Part shown: positions 41,496 through 51,734 of the stretch, piece by piece | How the letters are laid out: the number at the start of each line of letters is the position of its first letter | How positions within the stretch are numbered: the stretch's first letter is position 1 | DNA from: an uncultured Phaeobacter sp. | Lineage (GTDB): Bacteria > Pseudomonadota > Alphaproteobacteria > Rhodobacterales > Rhodobacteraceae | Length of the DNA: 64,000 nucleotides | Direction: 5' to 3' | Assembly (NCBI GenBank): GCA_964633145.1 | Contig: CAZWFE010000001.1 | Span: 73,690 to 137,689, forward strand | Made by a program: the position numbers and the translations under genes | The notes under the pieces: generated by a model | What the model was told of the DNA's origin: nothing | The model's input: only the letters and a program-made list of their open reading frames with translations | Database searches by the model: none

Positions 41496-42107
41496 TTATG
41501 CCGCTGGATATGTTTCAGCCATAGACGCCCGCGCAGCGAATGTTTTCTGGAACGCAGCCAGCGTGGGGCAATCGGCCTGCCAATTGCGATCGGGATGGCG
41601 GAAATCCAGATAATCCAGCGCGCAGGCGACCGCGATTTGGCCCATGTTCAAATCCCCCTGCAGGGCGGCAAAATCGCCACGCTCTAACGCGGCTAGGGCA
41701 TGGGAAACTTTGCCCCACTGTGCTTCGACCCAGGCGGGGGATCGTTCGGTTTCGGGGCGCAACAGGGCTTCATAGACCATGGAAACGGCCGATTCCATCA
41801 TGCCGTCTGCCAGTGCCTCAAGCGATAGGACATCATACAACTGATCCGCGGGGTACAGGTTCGATCCTGCCAGTTCGTCCAAATACCGACATATCACACG
41901 GCTGTCGATCAACGTGCTGTCGCCATCGCGCAACAGTGCAGGGATTTTGCCCAATGGATTGGCCGCGCGCGCATCGGCGGCCGTATTCAGCGCGTTTGTT
42001 GTTACGGGTTGCAGTGCCACGCGGTCTTGCAGACCCGCTTCAAGGCGCAGAACCATCGCTTTGCGGACAAAGGGGGATGTTGGTGAACAAATCAGGGTAT
42101 GGGACAT
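41496..42107 (-). CDS. glutathione S-transferase family protein
   Basis: About 203 aa from the ATG at 42107. The thioredoxin-like N-domain has SPFVRK and GKIPALL, with an alpha-helical C-domain. Its stop lies 3 nt before the MaoC start. Confidence 0.75.
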   Translation of the reverse strand: MSHTLICSPTSPFVRKAMVLRLEAGLQDRVALQPVTTNALNTAADARAANPLGKIPALLRDGDSTLIDSRVICRYLDELAGSNLYPADQLYDVLSLEALADGMMESAVSMVYEALLRPETERSPAWVEAQWGKVSHALAALERGDFAALQGDLNMGQIAVACALDYLDFRHPDRNWQADCPTLAAFQKTFAARASMAETYPAA

Positions 42108-42209
42108 GGTTGGCTTTCCTTTTTTGCGAAAGCTAGCGCGCAAGCCGCAATAACACAAATGAATTTATGTCTGGCACCGCAATGGTCGCAAAACGGGTCG
42201 CAATGGGGC

Positions 42210-42238
42210 TTGGCAAATGCGGTACTGGGGTGTAGCTT
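42210..42238 (+). promoter_or_regulatory. candidate sigma70-type promoter for the FMN riboswitch-ribH transcript
   Basis: TTGGCA, a 17-nt spacer and TAGCTT end about 6 nt before the riboswitch P1 region. Confidence 0.35.
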
Positions 42239-42242
42239 TGGC

Positions 42243-42368
42243 ATGTTCTCAGGGCGGGGTGAAATTCCCCACCGGCGGTTACAGCCCGCGAGCGGCCCGT
42301 AAGGGTGTCAGCAGATTTGGTGAAATTCCAAAGCCGACGGTTAAAGTCCGGATGAAAGAGAGCGATCA
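42243..42368 (+). promoter_or_regulatory. FMN riboswitch (RFN element)
   Basis: Near-consensus RFN core: TTCTCAGGGCGGGGTGAAATTCCCCACCGGCGGT ... AGCCCGCGAGC ... GTCAGCAGATTTGGTGAAATTCCAAAGCCGACGGTTAAAGTCCGGATGAAAGAGAG. It lies upstream of a lumazine synthase gene. Confidence 0.9.
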
Positions 42369-42438
42369 GTATCAGGCGTTTTGCGTCTGCTCTGTCGTAT
42401 GCCTTGGGTGACGTGTTGTTAATGCAAGGAGATACGAA

Positions 42439-42876
42439 ATGACACACACCCGTTACGCCTTTGTCAAAGCCAACTGGCATTCCGCAATCGTGGACCAAGC
42501 TTTGGCAGGTTTCCTAGAATTGATCCCCGCGGACCAAGTCGACGTGTTCGACGCCCCCGGCGCGTTGGAAATGCCCCTGCTGGCCAAAGATTTGGCCAAA
42601 ACCGGCAAATATGGCGCGATTGCGTGCTGTGCGCTGGTCGTGGACGGTGGCATTTATCGCCATGATTTCGTGGCACAGGCCGTTGTTGACGGTTTGGTGC
42701 GCGTTGGGCTGGACACAGACGTGCCCGTTTTGTCCGTGTCGCTGACACCGCACAGCTATCAAGAAACCGATTTCCACAACACAGCCTTTGCCGCGCATTT
42801 CGTCCAAAAAGGCCGCGAAGCCGCAAACGCTGCCCTGCAAGTCGTCAAAACCCGCGCCGCGATTGCAGGCGCGTAA
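42439..42876 (+). CDS. ribH: 6,7-dimethyl-8-ribityllumazine synthase (short RibH2-like form)
   Basis: 145 aa. It begins MTHTRYAFVKANWHSAIVD and contains VFDAPGALEMPLLAKDLA and VLSVSLTP. An AAGGAGA SD is present. The gene sits under the FMN riboswitch. Confidence 0.88.
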   Translation: MTHTRYAFVKANWHSAIVDQALAGFLELIPADQVDVFDAPGALEMPLLAKDLAKTGKYGAIACCALVVDGGIYRHDFVAQAVVDGLVRVGLDTDVPVLSVSLTPHSYQETDFHNTAFAAHFVQKGREAANAALQVVKTRAAIAGA

Positions 42877-42888
42877 TCAGCAACTGGC

Positions 42889-42915
42889 AAAACGTCGATG
42901 TGTGCATCGACGTTT
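42889..42915 (+). terminator. hairpin after ribH (terminator-like)
   Basis: The sequence is AAACGTCGATG-TGTG-CATCGACGTTT, a perfect 11-bp stem ending in TTT. Confidence 0.5.
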
Positions 42916-43027
42916 CCGCCCTGCCGAATGGGACGGTACAGACCATAATTTAGATGGGCCTTGGCTGAACCCTTTTGATATCCAGAAATCTGCGGTATGA
43001 CGGTCCCAGAACATTAAATGGGTTTCG

Positions 43028-44086
43028 ATGGACAATGCGCAGCAGTTAAAACAGCGGGTGGTGGATGCAGCCGCGGACATGGGGTTTGGCCTGTGTCGGA
43101 TCACGCGGCCGGATGCGATACCGCAGGTACCGGACCGTTTGGCGCAGTTTGTCGATGCGGGCTATCATGGGCAAATGGGGTGGATGGCCGACCGTATGGC
43201 GTGGCGGGGCAATCCGGCGGCACTTTGGCCTGATGCGCGCAGTGTCATTATGTTGGCCGAACCCTATACACCCGATCATGACCCGCGTGATATCCTGAAC
43301 CACCCTGATCAGGCCGCCATTTCCGTTTATGCCCAGAACAAAGATTACCATGACATTGTCAAAAAACGCCTAAAGCGATTGGCGCGTTGGTTGATCGAAC
43401 AGGCAGGCGGGCAGGTTAAGGTGTTTGTTGATACCGCGCCCGTTGCTGAAAAACCCTTGGGCCAAGCGGCAGGGTTGGGATGGCAGGGCAAACATACCAA
43501 TCTGGTCAGTCGTGATTTGGGCAATTGGTTCTTTATAGGGTCTGTTTTTACCACGCTTGACCTGACCCCTGACCCGCCCGAGGTGGATCACTGCGGATCC
43601 TGCCGTGCCTGTTTGGATGCATGCCCCACTGATGCCTTTGTCGCGCCCTATCAAATGGATGCGCGGCGGTGCATTTCCTATCTGACGATTGAACATCACG
43701 GGCCGGTCGATCCCGAGTTGCGGCCGCTTATGGGAAACCGCATTTACGGCTGTGACGATTGTTTGGCGGCCTGTCCGTGGAACAAATTTGCCGTGGCCGC
43801 ACAGGATATCCGCTACCACGCCCGCGACGATTTAATGGCCCCAAATCTGGCCGAATTGGCCCTGTTGGATGATACCGCATTTCGCGCCAAATTTTCGGGC
43901 AGTCCGATCAAACGCATAGGTCGCAATCGGTTCGTGCGCAATGTATTGTACGCGATTGGAAATTCTGGGGATAAAACGCAAATACCCCTGTGTCAGAGCC
44001 TGATTTTCGATGATGATCCAACGGTGCGCGATGCAGCCGCATGGGCGCTGCAGCATTTGTCGCAAACAGACGGGACGCAGGGCTGA
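43028..44086 (+). CDS. queG: tRNA epoxyqueuosine(34) reductase
   Basis: 352 aa. Two 4Fe-4S motifs are present ([16 protein letters not shown] and [13 protein letters not shown]). The motif [13 protein letters not shown] and a HEAT-like C-terminus also fit. Confidence 0.9.
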   Translation: MDNAQQLKQRVVDAAADMGFGLCRITRPDAIPQVPDRLAQFVDAGYHGQMGWMADRMAWRGNPAALWPDARSVIMLAEPYTPDHDPRDILNHPDQAAISVYAQNKDYHDIVKKRLKRLARWLIEQAGGQVKVFVDTAPVAEKPLGQAAGLGWQGKHTNLVSRDLGNWFFIGSVFTTLDLTPDPPEVDHCGSCRACLDACPTDAFVAPYQMDARRCISYLTIEHHGPVDPELRPLMGNRIYGCDDCLAACPWNKFAVAAQDIRYHARDDLMAPNLAELALLDDTAFRAKFSGSPIKRIGRNRFVRNVLYAIGNSGDKTQIPLCQSLIFDDDPTVRDAAAWALQHLSQTDGTQG

Positions 44087-44123
44087 TCCGCCCTATAACC
44101 AATACAAAACCTGCGAGGGACAG

Positions 44124-46121
44124 ATGGCATATCTATTGGGGATTGATACGGGCGGCACCTATACGGACGCCGTCATTTTACAAGACGAAGACCGCGTGAT
44201 CGCATCGGCAAAATCACTGACAACACGTCACGATTTGGCCCAAGGGATCAGCAGCGCCGCGCGCGCCGTTTTGGATCAATCCGGTATTGCTGCCGCTGAT
44301 ATTTCGCTGGCATCCCTGTCGACAACGCTGGCCACAAATGCCCTGGTCGAAGGCCAAGGCGGGCGCGTTGCGCTGGTCTATATCGGGTTTGCCGCGGGCG
44401 ATTTGGACAAGCATGGGTTATCTGATGCCCTGCGCGGTGATCCCGTCATCGAAATGGCGGGGGGACACAGCCATTCAGGAACCGAAATCTGCGCATTAGA
44501 CACTGATATGTTGCGCGACTGGGTTGCGGGCTGTGCGGATGTATCCGCCTTTGCGGTGGCGTCACAATTTGCCACGCGCAACCCGGCGCATGAACAATTG
44601 GCGGTGCAGATCATCCGCGAATTAACGAACAAACCGGTCAGCGCATCGCACCAGTTATCGGCCAAATTAAATGGCCCCAAACGTGCGCTAACGGCGGTTT
44701 TGAATGCGCGGTTGATCGGGATGATTGACCGATTGATCGCCCGTGCGCGGTCCGGCTTGGACGATTTGGGCGTGACGGCCCCGTTAATGGTGGTGCGCGG
44801 TGATGGGGCGTTAATGTCATCCGATCAGGCGCGGGAAAAACCGATTGAAACCATATTATCAGGCCCAGCCGCGTCCATCGTTGGGGCGCGTTGGCTGACG
44901 CAGGCTGACCACGCATTAGTCTCTGACATTGGGGGAACGACAACAGATGTGGCCGTTCTGCGCGATGGTCGCCCCGCGATTGACCCCCAAGGCGCCCAAG
45001 TGGGCCAGTTTCGCACCATGGTCGAGGCGGTCGCCATGCGCACCACCGGTCTGGGCGGCGATAGCGAAGTGCATTTCCGCGTGGACGGGTTGCAAGGTGG
45101 CGTCACATTGGGGCCGAAACGGGTGTTGCCCGTGTCGCTGGCCGCGCAAATCGCGCCCGATGTGGTGCATCACGCGCTGGATGCGCAATTACGGTCCGTT
45201 TTGCCCGGTGACTATGACGGGAAATTCGTCCGCAAACTGGGTGTGTTCGATGCGGGCGGTTTGAATGACCGTGATCAGACAGTGTTTGATCGGATCACGG
45301 ATGATATTCAGCCCCTAGGCGATGTGGTCAAAACCCGTTTGGATCAACAGGCGATCACGCGTTTGGTGTCGCGCGGGATTGTGCAGGTGTCGGGGCTGAC
45401 GCCATCGGACGCTTCGCATGTTTTGGGGACTTTGTCCGACTGGGACAGTGATGCCGCGGCCAAGGCAATGATGCTGTTTGGCCGCCGCCGTACGGGTGCG
45501 GGCGACATGTTGGCAAACGACCCCGAAAAAATGGCGCAAATCATTGTTGATCAGCTAACGCATCAAACCGCTTTGGCCTTGTTAGAGACTGTTTTCGCAG
45601 AGGATGGTGCATTTGACGCGGCCCCTGATGTTTTGGCGCGCAGCACCTTGATGCAGTTGGGTCTGCGCCAACATCGTGGGTTGGTGAAACTGGATACGGG
45701 GATAAATGTGCCGGTGGTTGGGTTGGGGGCCTCGGCGCCCAACTATTATCCTGCGGTGGGGGAATTGGTGAATTGTGATATGATCCTGCCAGAACATGCG
45801 GGCGTGGCCAATGCGATCGGGGCCGTTGTGGGTCGCATTGTGATCCGCCAATCAGGGCAAATCACCGCGCCCAGCGAAGGCAAATTTCGCGTGCATTTAC
45901 CCACTGGCCCGCAGGATTTCGGCAATTTCGATGCAGCCTATGACTGTTTGGTCACCCACCTGAAAACGGTAACATTGGATCATGCCACATCCGCTGGCGC
46001 CCAAGATATTCAAACCGACATCACCCAAGATATCCGCCAAGCCGCCGTCGAGGCGCGCGAAATTTTCGTAGAGGCCACGATCACCGTCCAAGCATCAGGC
46101 CGCGCGCGCATCGCAACCTAG
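44124..46121 (+). CDS. hydantoinase/oxoprolinase (HyuA-like) family protein, no B-subunit partner nearby
   Basis: The ATG at 44124 follows GAGGGA. The N-terminus is MAYLLGIDTGGTYTDAVIL, and SGPAASIVGA and SDIGGTTTDVAVL follow. These are ASKHA-fold motifs of the hydantoinase A family. The last ~250 aa has no motif I recognise. Confidence 0.7.
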   Translation: MAYLLGIDTGGTYTDAVILQDEDRVIASAKSLTTRHDLAQGISSAARAVLDQSGIAAADISLASLSTTLATNALVEGQGGRVALVYIGFAAGDLDKHGLSDALRGDPVIEMAGGHSHSGTEICALDTDMLRDWVAGCADVSAFAVASQFATRNPAHEQLAVQIIRELTNKPVSASHQLSAKLNGPKRALTAVLNARLIGMIDRLIARARSGLDDLGVTAPLMVVRGDGALMSSDQAREKPIETILSGPAASIVGARWLTQADHALVSDIGGTTTDVAVLRDGRPAIDPQGAQVGQFRTMVEAVAMRTTGLGGDSEVHFRVDGLQGGVTLGPKRVLPVSLAAQIAPDVVHHALDAQLRSVLPGDYDGKFVRKLGVFDAGGLNDRDQTVFDRITDDIQPLGDVVKTRLDQQAITRLVSRGIVQVSGLTPSDASHVLGTLSDWDSDAAAKAMMLFGRRRTGAGDMLANDPEKMAQIIVDQLTHQTALALLETVFAEDGAFDAAPDVLARSTLMQLGLRQHRGLVKLDTGINVPVVGLGASAPNYYPAVGELVNCDMILPEHAGVANAIGAVVGRIVIRQSGQITAPSEGKFRVHLPTGPQDFGNFDAAYDCLVTHLKTVTLDHATSAGAQDIQTDITQDIRQAAVEAREIFVEATITVQASGRARIAT

Positions 46122-46245
46122 GTCGGTTGGCCCTTAATTTTTGCAGCCTGACGCGCACCCAGAAAGCGGCAGACCAAAAAAACAGCACGATTGCACGGGG
46201 GAAAACCTGCTGTGTTTTGGCGTGCGATACGGGCCGATTGGCTGG

Positions 46246-48549
46246 CTATTTTTTCTGCAATGCGCTTTGCAATAAATCGCCCAAGCTGCCCTGCGATTTC
46301 CCGCTGTTTTGCGGTTTTTGTTTTTGGGGGCGGCTGTGGGCGTTGCGCCCGCCAGATTTCATGTCGGGGCTGGCGGGGTCATCGGGGGTGCGTTTCATCG
46401 ACAACCCAATGCGTTTGCGGGGTACGTCCACTTCGGTCACGCGGACGCGGACGATGTCGCCTGCTTTGACAATGTCATGGGGGTCCTTGACGAAACGGTC
46501 GGCCAGTTGGGACACATGCACCAATCCATCCTGATGCACCCCGATATCGACAAAGGCACCAAAGGCCGCCACATTGGTCACGGTCCCCTCTAGGGACATG
46601 CCCACCTTTAGGTCGGTGATTTCATTGACGCCCTCGGCAAAGCTGGCGGTTTTGAATTCGGGTCGCGGGTCGCGACCGGGTTTTTCCAATTCGGCCACGA
46701 TATCGCGCAATGTGGGCAGGCCGAATGTGTCATCCGCAAAATCAGACAAATTTAACCGTGCCAACGACCCTGATTGGGTCTGGGCCGATTTTACATCAAT
46801 CCCAATGGCGCGCAGCATATCGCGTGCCTTGCCATAGGCTTCGGGGTGAACGGCCGAGGCATCTAGCGGTTCGGGCCCATCGGTGACGCGCAAAAATCCG
46901 GCGCATTGTTCAAATACCTTGGGGCCAAGGCGTGCGACCTGCAACAAATCGCGGCGTGTGTTGAATGCCCCATGCGTTTCGCGGTGCGATACAATCGTTT
47001 CCGCCAAAACAGGACCAATACCAGCGACCCGCGCCAACAGCGGGGCCGAGGCGGTATTCAAGGCAACACCCACGGCGTTCACCGCATCCTCAATCACGGC
47101 ATCCAGACGGCGGCCCAATTTGGATTGATCGACGTCATGTTGGTATTGCCCCACGCCAATGGATTTGGGTTCAATTTTCACCAATTCCGCCAAGGGGTCC
47201 TGCAAACGCCGCGCGATGGACACGGCCCCGCGTAGGGATACATCCAATTCGGGCAATTCCGCCGATGCCAAGGCGGATGCGGAATACACCGATGCGCCGG
47301 CTTCGGACACGATAACTTTGGTGGGTTTTTTGCGATCTGCGGGCATTTGGGCCAGCAAATCCGCCACCAGTTTTTCGGTTTCACGGCTGGCTGTACCATT
47401 GCCGATGGCAATCAAATCGACGTTGTGGCGCAGGATCAATGCGCCCAATGTGGCCATGGATCCTGACACATCATTTTTGGGTTGAAACGGATAAATGGTT
47501 GCGGTGTCCAACACCTTGCCCGTTCCATCCACGGCGGCCACCTTGACCCCCGTGCGAATGCCCGGATCCAATCCCAATGTGGCACGGTTGCCCGCGGGGG
47601 CGGCCAGCAACAAATCCTTTAGGTTACGGCCAAATACGGTGATCGCCTCTTCTTCGGCGCGTTCGCGCAGTTCGACCAAGATGTCAATCGACAGCGAATT
47701 TGACAATTTGACCCGCCATGCCCAAGTGGCCACAGTTTTCAGCCAGCGATCAGCCGCGCCGTCGGCCAACTGACCGGCCAAGGCCTGTGCAACCATCATT
47801 TCCGCACGCGATGTCCCGCGCGGTGCATCGGGTTCAACCGCCAGATCCAGTGTTAACACCCCTTCGTTGCGGCCACGAAACATGGCCAAGGCGCGGTGGC
47901 CTGCGACCTTGGATACGGCTTCGGAATGGTCGAAATAGTCGGAAAATTTCTGACCCTTGGTTTCTTGGCCTTCGATCACTTTGGATACCAAAACGCCGTT
48001 TGTGCGCATATGATCGCGCAGACGCGCCAGCAGATCGGCGTTTTCTGACACGGTTTCGGTCAAGATATCGCGCGCACCGTTCAGCGCCGTTTTGGTGTCG
48101 GGCACGTCCGCGGTGATATAGGATTGGGCCATGGTTTCGGGATCACAGGTGCGATCCGCCAAAATGGCCAATGCCAATGGTTCCAGCCCCAATTCCCGCG
48201 CAATCATCGCCTTGGTCCGGCGTTTGGGTTTAAAGGGCAGATAAATATCCTCAAGCTCGGCTTTGGTGGTGGCTTGGGCCAGTTTACGGGTCAGATCATC
48301 GGTAATTTTGCCCTGTTCGGTGATGGATTTCACAATCACATCGCGCCGTGCATCCAATTCGCGCAGATAGGTCAGGCGTTCGGATAAATCACGCAGTTGT
48401 GTATCATCCAGCCCGCCGGTCGCCTCTTTGCGGTAGCGCGCGATAAAGGGAACGGTCGAACCTTGGTCCAATAATGAAACAGCTGCTGTGACTTGGTCAA
48501 CGGATGCGTTGATTTCGTTGGCAATTGAGCGAAAAATTTGTGCTGACAT
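46246..48549 (-). CDS. tex: Tex-like transcription accessory protein (YqgF, HhH and S1 domains)
   Basis: 767 aa. The N-terminus has [17 protein letters not shown], and a C-terminal S1 domain is present ([33 protein letters not shown]). Confidence 0.9.
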   Translation of the reverse strand: MSAQIFRSIANEINASVDQVTAAVSLLDQGSTVPFIARYRKEATGGLDDTQLRDLSERLTYLRELDARRDVIVKSITEQGKITDDLTRKLAQATTKAELEDIYLPFKPKRRTKAMIARELGLEPLALAILADRTCDPETMAQSYITADVPDTKTALNGARDILTETVSENADLLARLRDHMRTNGVLVSKVIEGQETKGQKFSDYFDHSEAVSKVAGHRALAMFRGRNEGVLTLDLAVEPDAPRGTSRAEMMVAQALAGQLADGAADRWLKTVATWAWRVKLSNSLSIDILVELRERAEEEAITVFGRNLKDLLLAAPAGNRATLGLDPGIRTGVKVAAVDGTGKVLDTATIYPFQPKNDVSGSMATLGALILRHNVDLIAIGNGTASRETEKLVADLLAQMPADRKKPTKVIVSEAGASVYSASALASAELPELDVSLRGAVSIARRLQDPLAELVKIEPKSIGVGQYQHDVDQSKLGRRLDAVIEDAVNAVGVALNTASAPLLARVAGIGPVLAETIVSHRETHGAFNTRRDLLQVARLGPKVFEQCAGFLRVTDGPEPLDASAVHPEAYGKARDMLRAIGIDVKSAQTQSGSLARLNLSDFADDTFGLPTLRDIVAELEKPGRDPRPEFKTASFAEGVNEITDLKVGMSLEGTVTNVAAFGAFVDIGVHQDGLVHVSQLADRFVKDPHDIVKAGDIVRVRVTEVDVPRKRIGLSMKRTPDDPASPDMKSGGRNAHSRPQKQKPQNSGKSQGSLGDLLQSALQKK

Positions 48550-48690
48550 TTTGTGGGCCTTGTCTGACGGAAATGTGGTCCTGTCAGATCAAACTGCGCG
48601 CACGTTTGCAACCGAAAATTTGTCGCTTGGCCGCAGGTGGATGTTGGTTGGTGGGGGCCACTATGACGACGATGGGCCATTTTAGACATG

Positions 48691-48720
48691 AAAAAACCAC
48701 CCCCAAGGGGATGGTTTTTA
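48691..48720 (-). terminator. rho-independent terminator after serA
   Basis: The minus strand reads AAAAACCATCCC-CTTG-GGGGTGGTTTTTT. The 7-bp stem carries a tetraloop and a T6 tail. Confidence 0.6.
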
Positions 48721-48744
48721 CTGATGATTTGTTTCGGCTTGATC

Positions 48745-50337
48745 TTAGGCGTCAAAAACCAGTGGTTTGACCTGTTGGAACAAACCAGTCGCGTTCAAAT
48801 CAGCCACAATTTCGGGGCGGATTGCTGCATCAAGATACAGCAGCGCAATGGCTTCGCCGCCAGCGGCCGCGCGACCCAGAGTAAAGTTCGCGATATTGAC
48901 ACCATGTGTGCCCATGGTTGCCCCCAACGTCCCGATGATGCCTGGGACGTCTTCGTTTGTGGTGTAAAGCATATGCGCGCCCACTTCGGCGTCGATGTTG
49001 ATGCCCTTGATCTGGATAAACCGTGGCTTGCCATCGCTGAACACGGTACCCGCGATGGATCGTTCGCGTTTGCCAGTGACAACCGTGACCTTGATGTATC
49101 CTTCGAACGCGCCGGATTTATCCTGATTGGTGGTGGAAATTTTCACGCCGCGTTCCTTGGCGATTACGGGGGCGGAGACCATGTTTACGTCTGGATTTGC
49201 TTTCTTCATGATGCCGGCGATGACGGAACAATTCAGCGCGTCCAAGTTCATTTGTGACGCAGATCCGTCATAAAGAATGTTGATCGCCTCAATGGGTTCG
49301 TCGGTCATTTGGCCGATGAAATTGCCCAAATGATCGGCCAATTTGACCCATGGGCCCATAACTTTGGCCTCTTCTGCGGTCATGGATGGCATGTTCAGCG
49401 CGTTTTCGACGGCCCCATCCAGCAGATAGTTGGACATTTGTTCGGCCACTTGCAGGGCCACATTTTCCTGCGCCTCGGTTGTGGCAGCACCTAGGTGGGG
49501 GGTGCAGACCACGTTGGGCAGGTTGAACAATGGGTTTTCTGTCGCGGGTTCTTGGGAAAACACGTCGAATGCGGCACCCGCGACGTGACCCGATTGTAGC
49601 ATGTCAGCCAGCGCCTGTTCATCGACCAACCCACCACGGGCACAGTTGATGATCCGAACGCCGCGTTTGGTTTTGGCCAGATTTTCACGGCTAAGGATGT
49701 TGCGGGTGCCATCGGTCAGCGGCACGTGCAATGTGATGAAATCTGCACGTTTCAGCAGGTCATCCAATTCGACCTTTTCCACGCCCATTTTGTCGGCTTT
49801 GTCTTGGCCCAAGAACGGGTCAAAGGCGATGACCTTCATTTTCAGTCCGCGGGCACGGTCGCAAACGATGCCACCGATATTGCCTGCGCCAATCACGCCC
49901 AGTGTTTTGCCGGTTAATTCCACACCCATGAATTTGGATTTTTCCCATTTGCCGGCATGTGTTGATGCGCTGGCTTCGGGGATTTGGCGGGCAACGGCGA
50001 ACATCATGGCGATGGCATGTTCTGCGGTTGTGATCATATTGCCAAAGGGCGTGTTCATGACGATCACGCCTTTTTTCGATGCGGCGTCTTTGTCGACGTT
50101 ATCGGTGCCGATACCTGCGCGGCCCACCACTTTCAGGTTGGTGGCGGCCTCAAGGATTTTTGGGGTGACTTTGGTCGCTGAGCGGATGGCCAAGCCGTCA
50201 TATTGGCCGATGACTTCGGCCAGTTTGTCTTTGTCTTTGCCAAGATCGGGCATGAAATCGACGTCGATACCACGGTCGCGGAAAATTTGGACGGCTGTTT
50301 CGCTGAGCTTATCAGATACAAGTACTTTGGGTGCCAT
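48745..50337 (-). CDS. serA: D-3-phosphoglycerate dehydrogenase
   Basis: 531 aa from the ATG at 50337 (MAPKVLVSDKL). The NAD fold is GVIGAGNIGGIV, and a C-terminal ACT domain is present. The track ORF extends 63 codons further upstream through the intercistronic hairpin. Confidence 0.95.
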   Translation of the reverse strand: MAPKVLVSDKLSETAVQIFRDRGIDVDFMPDLGKDKDKLAEVIGQYDGLAIRSATKVTPKILEAATNLKVVGRAGIGTDNVDKDAASKKGVIVMNTPFGNMITTAEHAIAMMFAVARQIPEASASTHAGKWEKSKFMGVELTGKTLGVIGAGNIGGIVCDRARGLKMKVIAFDPFLGQDKADKMGVEKVELDDLLKRADFITLHVPLTDGTRNILSRENLAKTKRGVRIINCARGGLVDEQALADMLQSGHVAGAAFDVFSQEPATENPLFNLPNVVCTPHLGAATTEAQENVALQVAEQMSNYLLDGAVENALNMPSMTAEEAKVMGPWVKLADHLGNFIGQMTDEPIEAINILYDGSASQMNLDALNCSVIAGIMKKANPDVNMVSAPVIAKERGVKISTTNQDKSGAFEGYIKVTVVTGKRERSIAGTVFSDGKPRFIQIKGINIDAEVGAHMLYTTNEDVPGIIGTLGATMGTHGVNIANFTLGRAAAGGEAIALLYLDAAIRPEIVADLNATGLFQQVKPLVFDA

Positions 50338-50367
50338 TTTATGGATCCTTACAAGAATTAGGGGGAA

Positions 50368-50400
50368 GCCACCGCCCACCCATCGAAGATGGGCGGTGGC
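50368..50400 (-). other. intercistronic GC-rich stem-loop between serC and serA
   Basis: The sequence is GCCACCGCCCA-(11 nt)-TGGGCGGTGGC, a perfect 11-bp stem with no U-tail. Confidence 0.5.
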
Positions 50401-50432
50401 TGCTGGTCGCTGCGCGCCAGCGGAGATATTTG

Positions 50433-51578
50433 TTAGGCTTGGTTTTCGATTTCGGCGTGGAACGCGTATTCCAGCCATGGCAACATCGCCTGAATATCGG
50501 CTGTGTCCACCGTGCCACCGCACCAAATCCGTAAACCCGCAGGGGCATCACGATAGGCACCGATGTCATAGGCCACGTTTTCCGTATCCAGCCGTTTGGC
50601 CACGGCCTTGGCAAAGGCGGCGCCATCGGTGATGCGATCATCGGTGAATTTCAGGCACACGGATGTGTTCGACCGTGTTGCCGGATCCACCGCCAGATTG
50701 TCGATCCAATCGCGTGCATCGCAGAAATCCCAAACCGCCTGTGCATTGGCATCAGCGCGGGCGATCAGCCCGTTCAGCCCACCCACGTCACGCGCCCAAT
50801 CTAGTGCGGCCAAGTAATCCTCGACCGCGAGCATGGATGGCGTGTTGATGGTTTCGCCGACAAAGATGCCATCAATCAATTTGCCGCCCTTGGTCATGCG
50901 GAAAATTTTCGGCAGGGGCCATGCGGGGGTATAGGTTTCTAGCCGTTCCACAGCGCGGGGCGACAGGACGATCATACCATGCGCCGCTTCGCCGCCCAGT
51001 ACTTTTTGCCAGCTGAATGTGGTGACGTCCAATTTGTCCCATGGCAAATCCATGGCAAAGGCGGCGGATGTTGCATCACAGATGGTCAGGCCGGCGCGAT
51101 CCGCGGGGATCACATCGCCCGAGGCCACACGCACGCCCGATGTGGTGCCGTTCCAAGTGAACACGACGTCTGTATCATAATCAATCGCAGCCATGTCCAC
51201 GATGTGGCCATAGTCGGCGGTTTTCACATCAGCGTCGATTTTCAACTGTTTGACCACATCGGTGACCCAGCCTGCGCCAAAGCTTTCCCATGCGACCATG
51301 GTCGCGGGGCGTGCGCCCAGCAGGGACCACATGGCCATTTCAACCGCGCCTGTATCAGACGCAGGAACGATCCCAATGCGGTAATCCGCTGGAATGCCCA
51401 GAATGTCGCGTGTGCCGTCGATGGCGGCCTTTAACTTGGCCTTGCCCACGGCGGCGCGATGCGACCGACCCAATGGGGCGTCTGCCAGTTTTTCCAATGT
51501 AAAGGTGGGGTTTTTGGCGCAAGGGCCCGACGAAAATTGTGCGCGTGCTGGACGCGCAGATGGTTTGTTCATAGCCAT
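50433..51578 (-). CDS. serC: phosphoserine aminotransferase
   Basis: 381 aa. The N-terminus ([14 protein letters not shown]) is typical of the alphaproteobacterial SerC type, and SWQKVLGGE is present. It is adjacent to serA. Confidence 0.9.
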   Translation of the reverse strand: MAMNKPSARPARAQFSSGPCAKNPTFTLEKLADAPLGRSHRAAVGKAKLKAAIDGTRDILGIPADYRIGIVPASDTGAVEMAMWSLLGARPATMVAWESFGAGWVTDVVKQLKIDADVKTADYGHIVDMAAIDYDTDVVFTWNGTTSGVRVASGDVIPADRAGLTICDATSAAFAMDLPWDKLDVTTFSWQKVLGGEAAHGMIVLSPRAVERLETYTPAWPLPKIFRMTKGGKLIDGIFVGETINTPSMLAVEDYLAALDWARDVGGLNGLIARADANAQAVWDFCDARDWIDNLAVDPATRSNTSVCLKFTDDRITDGAAFAKAVAKRLDTENVAYDIGAYRDAPAGLRIWCGGTVDTADIQAMLPWLEYAFHAEIENQA

Positions 51579-51734
51579 GTAGCTACCCTTTCAGATAATC
51601 GCCTCTCGTTGGGGAGAGGTGTCCCACCGACCGAGATAGAGGGGAATGCGGGGTTTCACAATGCGCAAAATGACGCTATAGCGGCGTTTAGAATTAATTT
51701 TGCGACAGTTTCGTCGCCTATCGGAAACACGGGA

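Noticed and set aside
50338-50526. Long N-terminal extensions offered by the ORF track for several genes: serA to 50526, serB from 51459, hydantoinase from 44010, MFS from 34019, msrB from 53377, pncA from 31585, GST to 42158 and the CoA transferase to 39529.
   Set aside because: The extensions overlap neighbouring genes or structured spacers and lack family similarity. In each case an internal ATG with a proper SD reproduces the canonical N-terminus of the family.
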